Source: an uncultured Gammaproteobacteria bacterium (lineage in GTDB: Bacteria > Patescibacteriota > Patescibacteriia > UBA9934 > CAZDDW01). Taken from it: a stretch of 64,000 nt of DNA. The DNA is taken from the NCBI GenBank assembly GCA_965231015.1, contig OZ246408.1, forward strand, positions 921,908-985,907, in the 5' to 3' direction. Positions within the stretch are counted from its first letter, which is position 1; every line of letters begins with the position of its first letter. The notes beneath the pieces are model-generated. The model was not told the DNA's origin, did no database searches, and was given only the letters and a program-made list of their open reading frames with translations. Below, in pieces: positions 36,464 to 47,820 of the stretch. Both the position numbers and the translations under genes were made by a program.

Positions 36464-37939
36464 TTAACCAGCCTCGAAACAAAATGGCTGGTCAGATGGC
36501 TCAATACCAATCTGATAGTCGTCAGCCAACTTCTCCAATAATGCATTCAAGGAAATCTGACCGGGCATACAGAATTTACAGTGGATGCCTAGCTCTTTAC
36601 CGGCAGCACTCCGCATAATGTCGGAAAAATTACAACCATCGCTGATTTGGCCAAGAACGTATTCTCGTGGTGACTTAGAGCGAGTATACGGCTCTCCAAT
36701 GGAATCGCAGGCTCCCACAATACCGAAAGGATCAATTGCCGGTCTTATTACTGGAATTAAGCAACGCTTTGGTTGCGTCAATTCCATCTCTCCCCATTTG
36801 TCCATCGCAATCAGGAGATCATCGGCAAATGACACACTGAAACCCAGCTGACCATTTTCGATTTGAGAACGCAATTCACGCAAACTTTCAAGCATTTCCT
36901 CATATTGATAACTTGAAAGTTCTCTGGTTACACCGATACAGTCCACCCTCACATCAAGGAAATCAATTTCAAGATCGGAACAAAGTTTCGCCACACCGGC
37001 TACTTCTGCATAGTTTAACTCCTGTAAAACTATACCTATCCCAACCTTCAACCTTTCACCTCGTTGCTTTTTGAGAGCCACGATTTTTCTTATCCCGTTC
37101 AGCACGGCTTCCAAATCATTGGCTCCCAAGGAGCGATTGATAAGTCTTGAATAAATCTCTGGTGTCGCCGCATGTATACTGATTCTCAACCAAGTAGAAC
37201 TTAAGACGGAATCTAGTAACTCTTGATTTAAGCCACAAAGCGTCCGGCCATTGGTGTAAATCATGGTTTCAAGACCAATGGAGTTAGCCTTGTCTAGAAC
37301 CGGCTTGATCTTGGCTTGCGACAGCAAGGTTTCACCACCACCAGAGAATATAATCTGCCTGGTGCCTAAACCTTTTACCTCCTCCAAAATCTTGCACCAT
37401 TGATCTGGCGTGAGCAAGCGCTCTGCCCCATAAAAGTCAGCGACAGGATTTCTTTGCTTTTGGCCACCACACCAAATGCACATCTGACACCTATAAATGC
37501 AAATGGCGTCAGTGGGATGAATTTCCAGCATCATGGGTCCTACTATTTCTCCCCGCAGGATTTTAGGCAAATATTGAGAATTTTGCCGCATGAAACCCAG
37601 TAGGTTCGTGGCAGATTTGATTAGCAAAGATCTTGGATACTGATTGCTCAGAAATACCGCCTTTGCTAGTTTTGACTCCCGCATAAAACGATGTGTAGAC
37701 AACAACTCGTCTCTCGAAATTTCCTTGTGACGCAAGATTGATTTTGCTTTACGCGCTGGGTCAAAGAAATATTCAACCAAGACAGAAAAAGTCAAGCCAA
37801 ACGATTTGTCATTTAAAACAGTCTCTACACCCATAAATAACTCATAGGCTTGACCTTCGGCTTCGTCAAGGTTGATAAGACCATCGTGAAAACGATGCAT
37901 TATATCAACCAACTTTGCAACAGCACTGTTCTCTAACAT
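36464..37939 (-). CDS. Radical SAM protein with Cys-containing (SPASM/twitch-like) C-terminus
   Basis: CIYRCQMC, FSGGGE, YTNG, RISI; C-terminal C...GACD...CKFC; AAAGGAG SD. Confidence 0.88.
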   Translation of the reverse strand: MLENSAVAKLVDIMHRFHDGLINLDEAEGQAYELFMGVETVLNDKSFGLTFSVLVEYFFDPARKAKSILRHKEISRDELLSTHRFMRESKLAKAVFLSNQYPRSLLIKSATNLLGFMRQNSQYLPKILRGEIVGPMMLEIHPTDAICIYRCQMCIWCGGQKQRNPVADFYGAERLLTPDQWCKILEEVKGLGTRQIIFSGGGETLLSQAKIKPVLDKANSIGLETMIYTNGRTLCGLNQELLDSVLSSTWLRISIHAATPEIYSRLINRSLGANDLEAVLNGIRKIVALKKQRGERLKVGIGIVLQELNYAEVAGVAKLCSDLEIDFLDVRVDCIGVTRELSSYQYEEMLESLRELRSQIENGQLGFSVSFADDLLIAMDKWGEMELTQPKRCLIPVIRPAIDPFGIVGACDSIGEPYTRSKSPREYVLGQISDGCNFSDIMRSAAGKELGIHCKFCMPGQISLNALLEKLADDYQIGIEPSDQPFCFEAG

Positions 37940-38192
37940 GATCTCATCTCCTTTATCGAGGTTAGTTGTTTTTTAAGGAACATAAGACTAATTTAGTCGT
38001 TAAAACAACATATCATAGCACGAATGATCAATCAAGGATTTAAATAATAATTTGTACTAATTTTGTAATTATTACAAAAAATATAATACTATTAAATACA
38101 AGGAGTCTTGGCTTTTGCGCATTCACCCCCACCCCTCTGCCCCTACGCCAAGACGAAAAAAAATTTGTTAATTTAGGACGCCATCGCGAGCT

Positions 38193-38221
38193 TCCTCCTT
38201 CGCTAAAGCTTCGGAGGACAG
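38193..38221. repeat. REP-like palindrome, copy 1
   Basis: TCCTCCTTCGCTAAAGCTTCGGAGGACAG, identical to 44972-45000. Confidence 0.8.
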
Positions 38222-38334
38222 TCCGCTCGCTCTCGGCGCGATGCATCGAGAAACAAAAAAAGCGGAGCCCCCCTCAGCCGTAGCCCTACAGGCGAGGCCT
38301 GACTCCGCCCCAGTAAAATGACACCAAAGTAATT

Positions 38335-40020
38335 TTAAAACAGCCAGTTCAGCAAATAGCCGATAATTATTATTCCTACAGTCACTAAACCGAAAAAGGT
38401 GACAAGTAACTGCCATTTAAGCACTTTTTTTAAAATCAACCCCGCGGGAAAAGAAAGCCCGATCACCCCCATCATAAAAGCGATTGCCGTTCCCAAAGGC
38501 AAACCTTTGGCCACTAAGGACTGAATCACGGGAATAATGCCGGCCGCGTCAGCATACATGGGAACCGCCAAAACCGCCGCCACAGGAACCCCTAAATACC
38601 CCGCCTTTTCCAAGTACACCTCAAAAAAACCTTCCGGTACATATCCGTGAATGACAGATCCCAAACCAACACCAACCAAAATATACAAACCGATTTTTTT
38701 AATGATCCCAAAAGCTTCTTGAGAAATTTTAGGAAAAATTTTTGCGAGCGGCTCTGTTTTTGTTTCCGATTGATTTTGCGTTGGCGCGTGAACTTTCCAC
38801 ACAAAATCTTCCACATACTTTTCCATTTTCAATTTTCCTAAAATAAAACCACCCAGCATGCCAATCGTAATGCCGGCCAACACGTAAGCCACGGTCACTT
38901 GCCAACCAAAAATACCAAGAAACAGGGCAATAGAGACCTCATTAACCAGCGGAGAAGTGATAATAAAAGCAAAAGTCACCCCCAGAGGGATGCGAGCTTC
39001 TAAAAAGCCAATAAACAGCGGGATGCTGGAACAAGAACAAAACGGGGTCAAGGCTCCAAAAATACTGGCGAAAAAATAATCCAATCCGAATAGTTTTTTT
39101 TCGGTTAAGAAATTCCTTAATTTTTCAACCGGCAGATAATATCGTAGCGCGCTTACCAAATGCATAATGACCAACATCAACGCGAAAATTTTCAAAATAT
39201 CGTAAATGAAGAATTGTACACTGTGCCCAAGGCGTGATCCCGCTTCAATATTGAAAATGGAAAAGGTCACCCAGTCAGCAAAAACCTCAAACGGATAAAA
39301 AATATCCAACTTTTCCACGCCAAAAGTATACTTGAGGTAATACAAGCCGGTGCCGATAAAAAGAAAAGCAACCATATATCTGAGCCATTTTTCTATTTTT
39401 CTGGTAATCTGATACGCCTGACTCATTTTTTGCAGACTGAAAACCATAAGGCCGGCAAAAATCGCCACCGGCAGACCGGTGCCAATGGCAAAAACCGGGG
39501 CCAGTAAAATTCCAGCGGTTGATTTTAAAATCAGCGGTACGAGCATGCCAAAAAACAGTACTCCGCTATAAGGACAAAAAGCCAAAGCGAAAATCATCCC
39601 CAAGCCCAGTGAACCCAAGTAGCCTTTACCCGAAAGCCACTGTTTGAATTTTTCCCATTTTTCACTTTTGACATTAAAATTTATTTTGAAAACTCCCAGC
39701 ATAAAAAGCCCCATGACAAGCAACACTGGAGCGAGTAGTTTTTCGCCCCAGCCCTGAAAAATCCCTGAAACAGTAAAAGAAGAAAGTCCGAGAAAAATCA
39801 AACCGGCAACCAAGGTATATGAGACTCCCCGACCGATGATATAAAACAGCGCGTTCAGGAGTGTATTTTTGGCGGTTTTTATGTCTTTAGACAAAAAACC
39901 AACCGCGGCGATATTGGTCGCCAACGGACAAGGACTGATGGAAGTCAAAATGCCCAAGAGAAATGCCGTCAAGAGCGGAATGTTATATGAATCGATCAGT
40001 AAATTAATCAGGTTTTCCAT
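38335..40020 (-). CDS. Fusion of ArsG-like (DsbD/CcdA-type) and ArsP-like permease domains
   Basis: SPCPLATN and AFCPYSG in the N-half; TPFCSCSSIP, SPLVNE, IHGYVP, PMY in the C-half. Confidence 0.82.
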   Translation of the reverse strand: MENLINLLIDSYNIPLLTAFLLGILTSISPCPLATNIAAVGFLSKDIKTAKNTLLNALFYIIGRGVSYTLVAGLIFLGLSSFTVSGIFQGWGEKLLAPVLLVMGLFMLGVFKINFNVKSEKWEKFKQWLSGKGYLGSLGLGMIFALAFCPYSGVLFFGMLVPLILKSTAGILLAPVFAIGTGLPVAIFAGLMVFSLQKMSQAYQITRKIEKWLRYMVAFLFIGTGLYYLKYTFGVEKLDIFYPFEVFADWVTFSIFNIEAGSRLGHSVQFFIYDILKIFALMLVIMHLVSALRYYLPVEKLRNFLTEKKLFGLDYFFASIFGALTPFCSCSSIPLFIGFLEARIPLGVTFAFIITSPLVNEVSIALFLGIFGWQVTVAYVLAGITIGMLGGFILGKLKMEKYVEDFVWKVHAPTQNQSETKTEPLAKIFPKISQEAFGIIKKIGLYILVGVGLGSVIHGYVPEGFFEVYLEKAGYLGVPVAAVLAVPMYADAAGIIPVIQSLVAKGLPLGTAIAFMMGVIGLSFPAGLILKKVLKWQLLVTFFGLVTVGIIIIGYLLNWLF

Positions 40021-40023
40021 AAA

Positions 40024-40629
40024 TTAGAAGATTAGATTACTTGGCTCCGTAAGCGCGTACAAGAACGCGCTTCTGTATTTGCGAACTTTTTTCCCTTGTT
40101 CATTAATCGGTACCATAAGTTGAAAGCCGTCCGTGCATTCCTCCCATGGCGCAAGCCAGATATTACCGTCTTCATAATCGCAGTCTTTAAATGTCAGGCT
40201 CAATTCGGGATAAGCTTGCTCAATTTCGGTGGGAGCGCAGGTGTTAACGGTAAAATCACGCAAATCGTTAACTGAAACGATTTTTTTGCGCGGCGCGATC
40301 AAGGTATAAATTTCAGCACCGATTTTTTTCTCATATGTCTCCGGGACAATTTCATCAGGGTCGGCTTTTCTGCCAACAAGAGCCAGATCAATATTTTCCG
40401 CTTTCAATTCGTTTAAAGTCATTTCCGCGCTTCCGAATTCCATCATTACCAATTCCGGATTTTGGTTTTGTAAATTCAAAGCTTCCGGTGCCATGGTCGG
40501 ACAATAACCCAGTCTGATTATTTCAGGCGTCTCTACTTCATAACTATTTGCGTCAGCGGTTACGGCGGATTGTTGACCGCAGCCACTCAATAAAAGAACC
40601 GAGAATAGTAAACAAAATAATTTTTTCAT
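40024..40629 (-). CDS. Hypothetical lipoprotein in ars-type operon
   Basis: Lipobox LSGC; IRLGYCPTM. Confidence 0.75.
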   Translation of the reverse strand: MKKLFCLLFSVLLLSGCGQQSAVTADANSYEVETPEIIRLGYCPTMAPEALNLQNQNPELVMMEFGSAEMTLNELKAENIDLALVGRKADPDEIVPETYEKKIGAEIYTLIAPRKKIVSVNDLRDFTVNTCAPTEIEQAYPELSLTFKDCDYEDGNIWLAPWEECTDGFQLMVPINEQGKKVRKYRSAFLYALTEPSNLIF

Positions 40630-40631
40630 AA

Positions 40632-41858
40632 TTAGCCGAACATTAACCATTCCGGTTTGAACAATAACAACAAGCCGATGATCACCATGGCGATTCCTCC
40701 GATCAGATGAGAAAGACGGCTGTATCTGTCTGAAAAGCCGGTAATTTTCAGAGTTATCATAGCGGTGAAAAAAATCAATAGATCATCCAACATGAAGATA
40801 AAAATATAGAACAACAAGTAGCCATAATATTGCCAGAGGGGTAATTGGCTTAGCGTTAGAATTTGCGTATACACGGCGGGCAATCCGGCCGAACAAATCA
40901 GCTCGACAAGGTTTACCGCGACAGCCAGTAAAATAATACCTAAAAGAGCGATGAAAAAATTCTTTTCATGAGTCAGCTGTTTCAGCTTTTCAAAGACGCG
41001 CTGACGCTTCTTGCCTCCGGTGACCGCGCATCCGGCGTGGGGATTAAAGAAATATTCTTTAAGATAATAGCCGCCTCCGCCAAGCGCTACCAAACCGATA
41101 ATAATTCTCACAATAAGAATGAACCCGATAAACAGAAGCAAATTCAACCATGCGGAAAGGAATAAAAAGTAAACCGCGGCCGAGGTGACGATAAAAGCGA
41201 TCCCGAGCATCCACATTCTGCGTCGGTTTTTCATGCCGATAAGCAGACTGATCAGGAAAAGCAGAGTCCACATGGCACACGGATTAAATCCGTCCAAAGC
41301 GGCGATGATAAAGGTAAGTACGGGTAAAGAAATATTTTTGGTCTTAATTTCTCCCACCAGCGGCAAGGTCAGAGTCTCGGGAATTTTTGAGGAAGTGAAG
41401 GTATCCTCGTCCGATTCCGATGTTGTTCCGTTGATCTCTACACCGACATCGCGGCACGAATTGCCGATCGCACAATTGATTGCTTCCTCGATTTGCGCAC
41501 CCGTGTTTTTCTCGTCCATCCAGCCGATAACATAACGCTCACCGACCACAGTAAACGGCACACCGCTCACATTAGCGTTTAGCTTTTTGCCAAATTCAAT
41601 CATTAAATCTCGATTTTCAGCATTGCCCCATATTTCGTAATCATGCACCAAAAGCTCGGGATATTTTTCTTCCATGCGCTCCAAAAAAGGTTTTTCCTTC
41701 GCACAGTGCGGACAGCCTTCGCCCCAGAAGAAATACAAATTAACCGTCTCTTCAATAACAGTCCCGTTGTCATGAACAGTCCCAACGTCTTGCGCCTGCG
41801 TGGGTATGGCCACCAACAAACACAAAACAGCCAAAAGTGAAATGATAATTTTTTTCAT
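40632..41858 (-). CDS. Thioredoxin/glutaredoxin domain fused to CcdA-like membrane domain
   Basis: Signal peptide, GCPHC, SGVPFT, DGFNPCA, VELICSAGLP. Confidence 0.85.
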   Translation of the reverse strand: MKKIIISLLAVLCLLVAIPTQAQDVGTVHDNGTVIEETVNLYFFWGEGCPHCAKEKPFLERMEEKYPELLVHDYEIWGNAENRDLMIEFGKKLNANVSGVPFTVVGERYVIGWMDEKNTGAQIEEAINCAIGNSCRDVGVEINGTTSESDEDTFTSSKIPETLTLPLVGEIKTKNISLPVLTFIIAALDGFNPCAMWTLLFLISLLIGMKNRRRMWMLGIAFIVTSAAVYFLFLSAWLNLLLFIGFILIVRIIIGLVALGGGGYYLKEYFFNPHAGCAVTGGKKRQRVFEKLKQLTHEKNFFIALLGIILLAVAVNLVELICSAGLPAVYTQILTLSQLPLWQYYGYLLFYIFIFMLDDLLIFFTAMITLKITGFSDRYSRLSHLIGGIAMVIIGLLLLFKPEWLMFG

Positions 41859-41869
41859 AAAACAGAAAA

Positions 41870-42328
41870 TCAATTTAACAGATTATCAAGTTTGTCTTTA
41901 AAATACGTTTTGAACTTTTGCTCATCTCCGACTAAGCGCCAGACGGTTGTGTCTTCCGTGATATTGTCCTGACCATCCGTAATCGCGTTGATAAAGAGCG
42001 AGCTTCCGCGAGCCTGATATTGAATCACTGTTTCCCGATTCTCGGACAATTCACCGTTGACCGAAAGAAAGGTTATTTTTCCCGCGGCCATTTCTTCTAT
42101 GAAAAATTCTTCAATGGTTTCGCGCGCGTATTGTTCCACCATTTGGCACGAAGGGCAACGGCGAGTACCATGAAAATCCACCACCTCAATTCTGTCCGCT
42201 TTGACCTCTGCCAAATCTGACGACGCAGAGGCTTGAGAGCCGTTCCCGTTTGATTGTATTGTATTTCCGCAACCCGCCAAAAGTGAAGAAAAAACAAAAA
42301 GTGTAAAAATTATAAAAGTTTTTTTCAT
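41870..42328 (-). CDS. Thioredoxin-fold lipoprotein (ArsF-like)
   Basis: Lipobox LAGC; FHGTRRCPSC. Confidence 0.78.
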   Translation of the reverse strand: MKKTFIIFTLFVFSSLLAGCGNTIQSNGNGSQASASSDLAEVKADRIEVVDFHGTRRCPSCQMVEQYARETIEEFFIEEMAAGKITFLSVNGELSENRETVIQYQARGSSLFINAITDGQDNITEDTTVWRLVGDEQKFKTYFKDKLDNLLN

Positions 42329-42342
42329 AGTTTATGTTTGAA

Positions 42343-42633
42343 TTAACAATTACCTCCGCAAGAACAGCCGCCTGAGGTTTTTTCATTTTCGGAAGCACAA
42401 CCTTCCTTGATCATTTTTTCAATCTCATCGTTTGACGGCACTTTTCCCGCGGCCATGATCTTGCCGTCGATGGCAAAAACCGGACTACCCATTGCGCCGA
42501 GCTTGACTATTTCTGCGATATCGGTGGAATATTCCACCTCCGTGTCCATGCCGAGTTTGTTGACCACTTCTCTTACATTTTTATGGAGAGTCTTGCAAGT
42601 GGGGCAACCCGAACCCAAAACTTGAATTTTCAT
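42343..42633 (-). CDS. Small redox-active disulfide protein (Thioredoxin_3 family)
   Basis: MKIQVLGSGCPTC, SPVFAIDG, GKVPS; C-terminal CSCGGNC. Confidence 0.9.
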   Translation of the reverse strand: MKIQVLGSGCPTCKTLHKNVREVVNKLGMDTEVEYSTDIAEIVKLGAMGSPVFAIDGKIMAAGKVPSNDEIEKMIKEGCASENEKTSGGCSCGGNC

Positions 42634-42959
42634 AATTTGGAAATTAAAAAATTATTTAATAACGAAGCGTATTGTTTGATGACATTTTTATTGGATGAGT
42701 AAATGATTTTTCTACCTTCTTGGTCGTCTTGTTTCGAATCGATCAAGCCAAAACCTTTAAGGACTTTCAAGTGATGCGAGGCCAGATTCTGGGGGATTTC
42801 GAGCGTCTTCCAGATATCGCAAACACACCGTTCATCCTCTCGAAGCGAGCAAAGTATTTTGAGACGATTCGGCTCGTTGATGATTTTAATAAATTCCGCT
42901 ACCTTTTCAAGGTCGGTTTTTAATTTCGAGCCATTTTTACAGCATGGAACATTTTTCAT
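42630..42959 (-). CDS. arsR: ArsR/SmtB family metalloregulator
   Basis: EPNRLKIL, ERCVCDI, SHHLKVLK; N-terminal CC. Confidence 0.85.
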   Translation of the reverse strand: MKNVPCCKNGSKLKTDLEKVAEFIKIINEPNRLKILCSLREDERCVCDIWKTLEIPQNLASHHLKVLKGFGLIDSKQDDQEGRKIIYSSNKNVIKQYASLLNNFLISKL

Positions 42960-43152
42960 GATGCAAAGTCAATTATATCAATGGTTGTTGATATACTATC
43001 AAGGGCAATACTTTCAGTCAAGCATGACAATTGCATGGATTGACTACACAAATCAATATAACATAGGCGGAAGAAATCCCCCGCCCATGTTGACCTAATT
43101 ATAGCCTTGAAAAAGGTTTAATTCCTGTTTTTCCCCACCTTAAATAAGGCTC

Positions 43153-43181
43153 TTGACACAATTTACCCTTTAAGCTAAAAT
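43153..43181 (+). promoter_or_regulatory. rRNA promoter
   Basis: TTGACA-17 nt-TAAAAT. Confidence 0.8.
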
Positions 43182-43393
43182 ACTGCCACGATCGTTACAA
43201 CTGAATATAGCCCATTTTTGGGCTAACATTGTACAAGAAATCCAATCTATTTCTGACAAGTCCAGGAAAGCTGCAAAAAGAGCAACATCCCCGCCTTCGG
43301 ACGGGATAAATTGTCTGCTCAGCGATTGCAACGTCAAATCTCGTAGATATAAATCTACAAACAGGACAGATACCACCGGTTTTACCGTGGTGT

Positions 43394-44878
<1,485 letters not shown>

Positions 44879-44971
44879 CTAAAGGAAAAATCTCGCCATC
44901 GGCGAGACATCCTAGGTCGAGATCTGACGCTGTCAGATCTTCGACGTTGCAATCGCTGAGCAAAGACAAAA

Positions 44972-45000
44972 TCCTCCTTCGCTAAAGCTTCGGAGGACAG
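44972..45000. repeat. REP-like palindrome, copy 2
   Basis: Identical 29-mer to 38193-38221. Confidence 0.8.
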
Positions 45001-45002
45001 GC

Positions 45003-45029
45003 AAAGACCGCCATTTGACGGTCTTTTTG
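45003..45029 (+). terminator. Terminator after 16S
   Basis: AAAGACCGCC/GACGGTCTTT stem with T-run. Confidence 0.6.
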
Positions 45030-45039
45030 ATTTAACTTT

Positions 45040-45249
45040 TCGAATTTTTATGTATTGTCGGTAATGTTCGAGCTCTGATTCATTGCGAATATTACGGTCG
45101 TGGAAATTTCGTTGCCAAATTTTGATACCTGGTATCTCGAACCTGACAATACGCGTCACAGAAGATTTGAATGATTGAATAATTTGGCCAAGTGATGGTT
45201 GTTTCTGAACCGAATTGATGTTGTTTCGATATTTATTATTTCTAAACAC
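45040..45249 (-). pseudogene. C-terminal remnant of a REP-associated/IS200-like tyrosine transposase (RAYT)
   Basis: SLGQIIQSFKSSVTR...IWQRNFHDRNIRNESEL...RQYI; HUH-containing N-half absent. Confidence 0.7.
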
Positions 45250-45372
45250 AAAACTCCGCCAAAGGCAGGGCTATCAAATTTTCTTTGCCGGCCCAAAGAA
45301 AACCGGACCATATTTAAAACGAAAAGCGGGGGCAGATGGTGTGTCTGCCCCCGCACGTTGCGTAGATAGGTC

Positions 45373-47820
45373 TCAGGTTTTCGCCGGACCTGAGTTACTG
45401 GAAGGATCATTGTCGTCGTCGGCCGAGTTGCCGCGACGCTTGGACGTGGACTCCGAACCGAGTGAACTCGACTCCTCGATCGAGCCGGAGTCGCCGTAGA
45501 CCGGCAACTCTTGAGCTTCAGTACCGTACTCGGGCATCCCCTCAGTCGTAGCCGCGGCCATGCTGGCCGAGTCATCAGGCTCGTCTTCGTCCGGATCAAC
45601 CAAGGATTGTTCCGAGGTATCCGGCTCGCCTTCGAGCTCGATGCTGCCGTCCGGATCGTGATACGACTCCTCGTCCGAGGGAACAAGCGCGATGCGTTGT
45701 TCCTGACTCGGCGTGCCAAGCGTAGTGTCCTCCCTCACACTGCCCTCGTCGATCTCCTCGGCCACGTCCGTGATGGGCGGTGGCGTGGGATCGACCATGA
45801 CCGGTGCCTCGACCTCTCGGTGCGAAAGCCCGGAGATGTCACGGGTTGGTGGAGGGGTGTCGACCGCTTCGTCCACAGTATCGAGATGAATCGGTGGAGC
45901 CGAATCTCCGACACTCGACTCGTCGTCTTCGTCCTCCGGACACCGACTCGGTCGCTCCTCGGTGGTATCACCCTCGAGTTCCGACTCCGGTTCAATTCCC
46001 GGTTCCGGAATTGGAATGCCGTCCTCGATCGCCTGCAGGCTGGCCGAAAGCGGTATCTCGGGCAGCTTTCCCCTGAAGCGAGGATGCTGCGGCGGCTTGG
46101 CCTCCGGGTCAGACGCATCAACGGTCTGCTCGGAAGGGAGATCCGAAGTGGTGAGCATCTTGAACTCATCAGACTCCGCCTCGTCTCCCTCACCTCCGGA
46201 CGGATCCGAGCTACTGCTCGAATCCGACTCATCAAACGACGAGGGCATGCTCATCATGGCAATCTCCTCGTCGGAGTTGGGCGGACCGTCATCCCGGAAG
46301 GCCTCTCCCTCTTCGTACTCGTCCAGTTCCCCAGCCGGAATGGCCGGTGGTGGAGCGGGTAGTTGCACGAGGGTGAAGTTGATCTTGGTAAGATCAAACT
46401 CTCGGGAGGTGATCTCGGCCTCGATCCTCATCATGGCTTCAACCATAGCCTCGCACAAGTCGATACTGCGGTTGATCGCGATCTTCTGAGCATCTGTGAA
46501 GAAGTCAAACACCTCACTGGCTTCGCCCTGCGGCAGAGCCAGATACACGGCCATGGCCGCGTTATCGAGGCATGCCAACTCTTCGAACTGACGCCGCGAG
46601 GTCGCGGTCGTGGTGCGACCCACGTGCTCGATGATGTCTGCGTGAGGCTGACGTACCGTAGCATGGTACAGGTGGAAGGCATAACGCGCGAACTCGTCGA
46701 GCTCGGAGCATTGACTGTCGGTGAGGGTCTGCTCCGGACTCTGCCGGCCAAGGATGCGCACGATGTCCGCCGGACGGATCATACGCAGATCCATCTGCCG
46801 GGCCACCCGAGCAAACACGTCCGGGTTGTGCTGGTACACGCGGCGCAGGAACTCCACGAGCTCCGGCGCCGAGTAGAACTCGAACGTCCAGACGAGCAGG
46901 CGTACCCACGTATTCAGGAGACGTGGTGGCAGCTCCTGGGGAGACCAGAACGGTTCACCCTGGGAGATGTACATGGCCGTACGGATAGTATCCGACCAAG
47001 GCACGTGCACAGCTGTCACAGCCGGCCGGATTCCGAGAGCCGGATCGATCCCGATCTCGGCCATCACCTGACGGTAGGCGTGATCGACCCCCATGAGGTC
47101 GTACCCCTGGGTAGCAAACACGAAACCGTTTAGATCCCCTTCCTGGTGCAAGAACGGGCTCACCGCCTTGAAGGGCTGGTGTAACTCTGCGGCCTGCAGG
47201 AACGAGACCCGCGTTTCTTCACTCGGTGCAGCGAGCGCCGTGAAATGGCGGGTCATCTCCGGGGATTGGATCCGGGCGAGCGTCAGCACAGCGTCGTCTT
47301 CCGTGTACACCCCAGTGCCGAACCGTCCCGTTGCAGCGTACCCGGGCAATTCCCGCTCGGTCATGATCTCCCGAATCCAGCCGGTCATTTGCCGGTTGAA
47401 CTCCTCGGGCTTCAGCGCCCCGGTCGACTGATCGATCGACATCATGGCGATGTACTCCAGCAGCTGACCAATGGCCGCCTCCTGAAGCTGCATGATGCTA
47501 GCGATCTCGCGGGCCTCGCGCCGGCGGTTCGTATCACGAATCAGCTGGGCTCGCAGGAAGCGCATGCGCTTGGCCTGCTCACCAATGAGGTTGCGATAGA
47601 AGTCCGGGAGTTCGATTCCCTGCTGCTCGGCCAGTCGGTACACCAGATCCGAGAACTCGTGATCCGGATCCCCGGCCGGGCGGTGCGCGATGATGCGCGG
47701 GTCGATAAGCGGTCGGGCACCGTTGATGACCCCGAGCTCCTTGAGGGCCTCGACGAGGTCATCGCCGAGGTAGTGCCGATATACGGCTTCCACTTCTTCG
47801 TTTCTGTCCTGCTCCAACAT
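45373..47820 (-). CDS. Large GC-rich orphan with long acidic Pro/Ser-rich tail
   Basis: 815-aa ORF with purine-rich SD; hairpin downstream at about 45329-45353. Confidence 0.8.
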   Translation of the reverse strand: MLEQDRNEEVEAVYRHYLGDDLVEALKELGVINGARPLIDPRIIAHRPAGDPDHEFSDLVYRLAEQQGIELPDFYRNLIGEQAKRMRFLRAQLIRDTNRRREAREIASIMQLQEAAIGQLLEYIAMMSIDQSTGALKPEEFNRQMTGWIREIMTERELPGYAATGRFGTGVYTEDDAVLTLARIQSPEMTRHFTALAAPSEETRVSFLQAAELHQPFKAVSPFLHQEGDLNGFVFATQGYDLMGVDHAYRQVMAEIGIDPALGIRPAVTAVHVPWSDTIRTAMYISQGEPFWSPQELPPRLLNTWVRLLVWTFEFYSAPELVEFLRRVYQHNPDVFARVARQMDLRMIRPADIVRILGRQSPEQTLTDSQCSELDEFARYAFHLYHATVRQPHADIIEHVGRTTTATSRRQFEELACLDNAAMAVYLALPQGEASEVFDFFTDAQKIAINRSIDLCEAMVEAMMRIEAEITSREFDLTKINFTLVQLPAPPPAIPAGELDEYEEGEAFRDDGPPNSDEEIAMMSMPSSFDESDSSSSSDPSGGEGDEAESDEFKMLTTSDLPSEQTVDASDPEAKPPQHPRFRGKLPEIPLSASLQAIEDGIPIPEPGIEPESELEGDTTEERPSRCPEDEDDESSVGDSAPPIHLDTVDEAVDTPPPTRDISGLSHREVEAPVMVDPTPPPITDVAEEIDEGSVREDTTLGTPSQEQRIALVPSDEESYHDPDGSIELEGEPDTSEQSLVDPDEDEPDDSASMAAATTEGMPEYGTEAQELPVYGDSGSIEESSSLGSESTSKRRGNSADDDNDPSSNSGPAKT

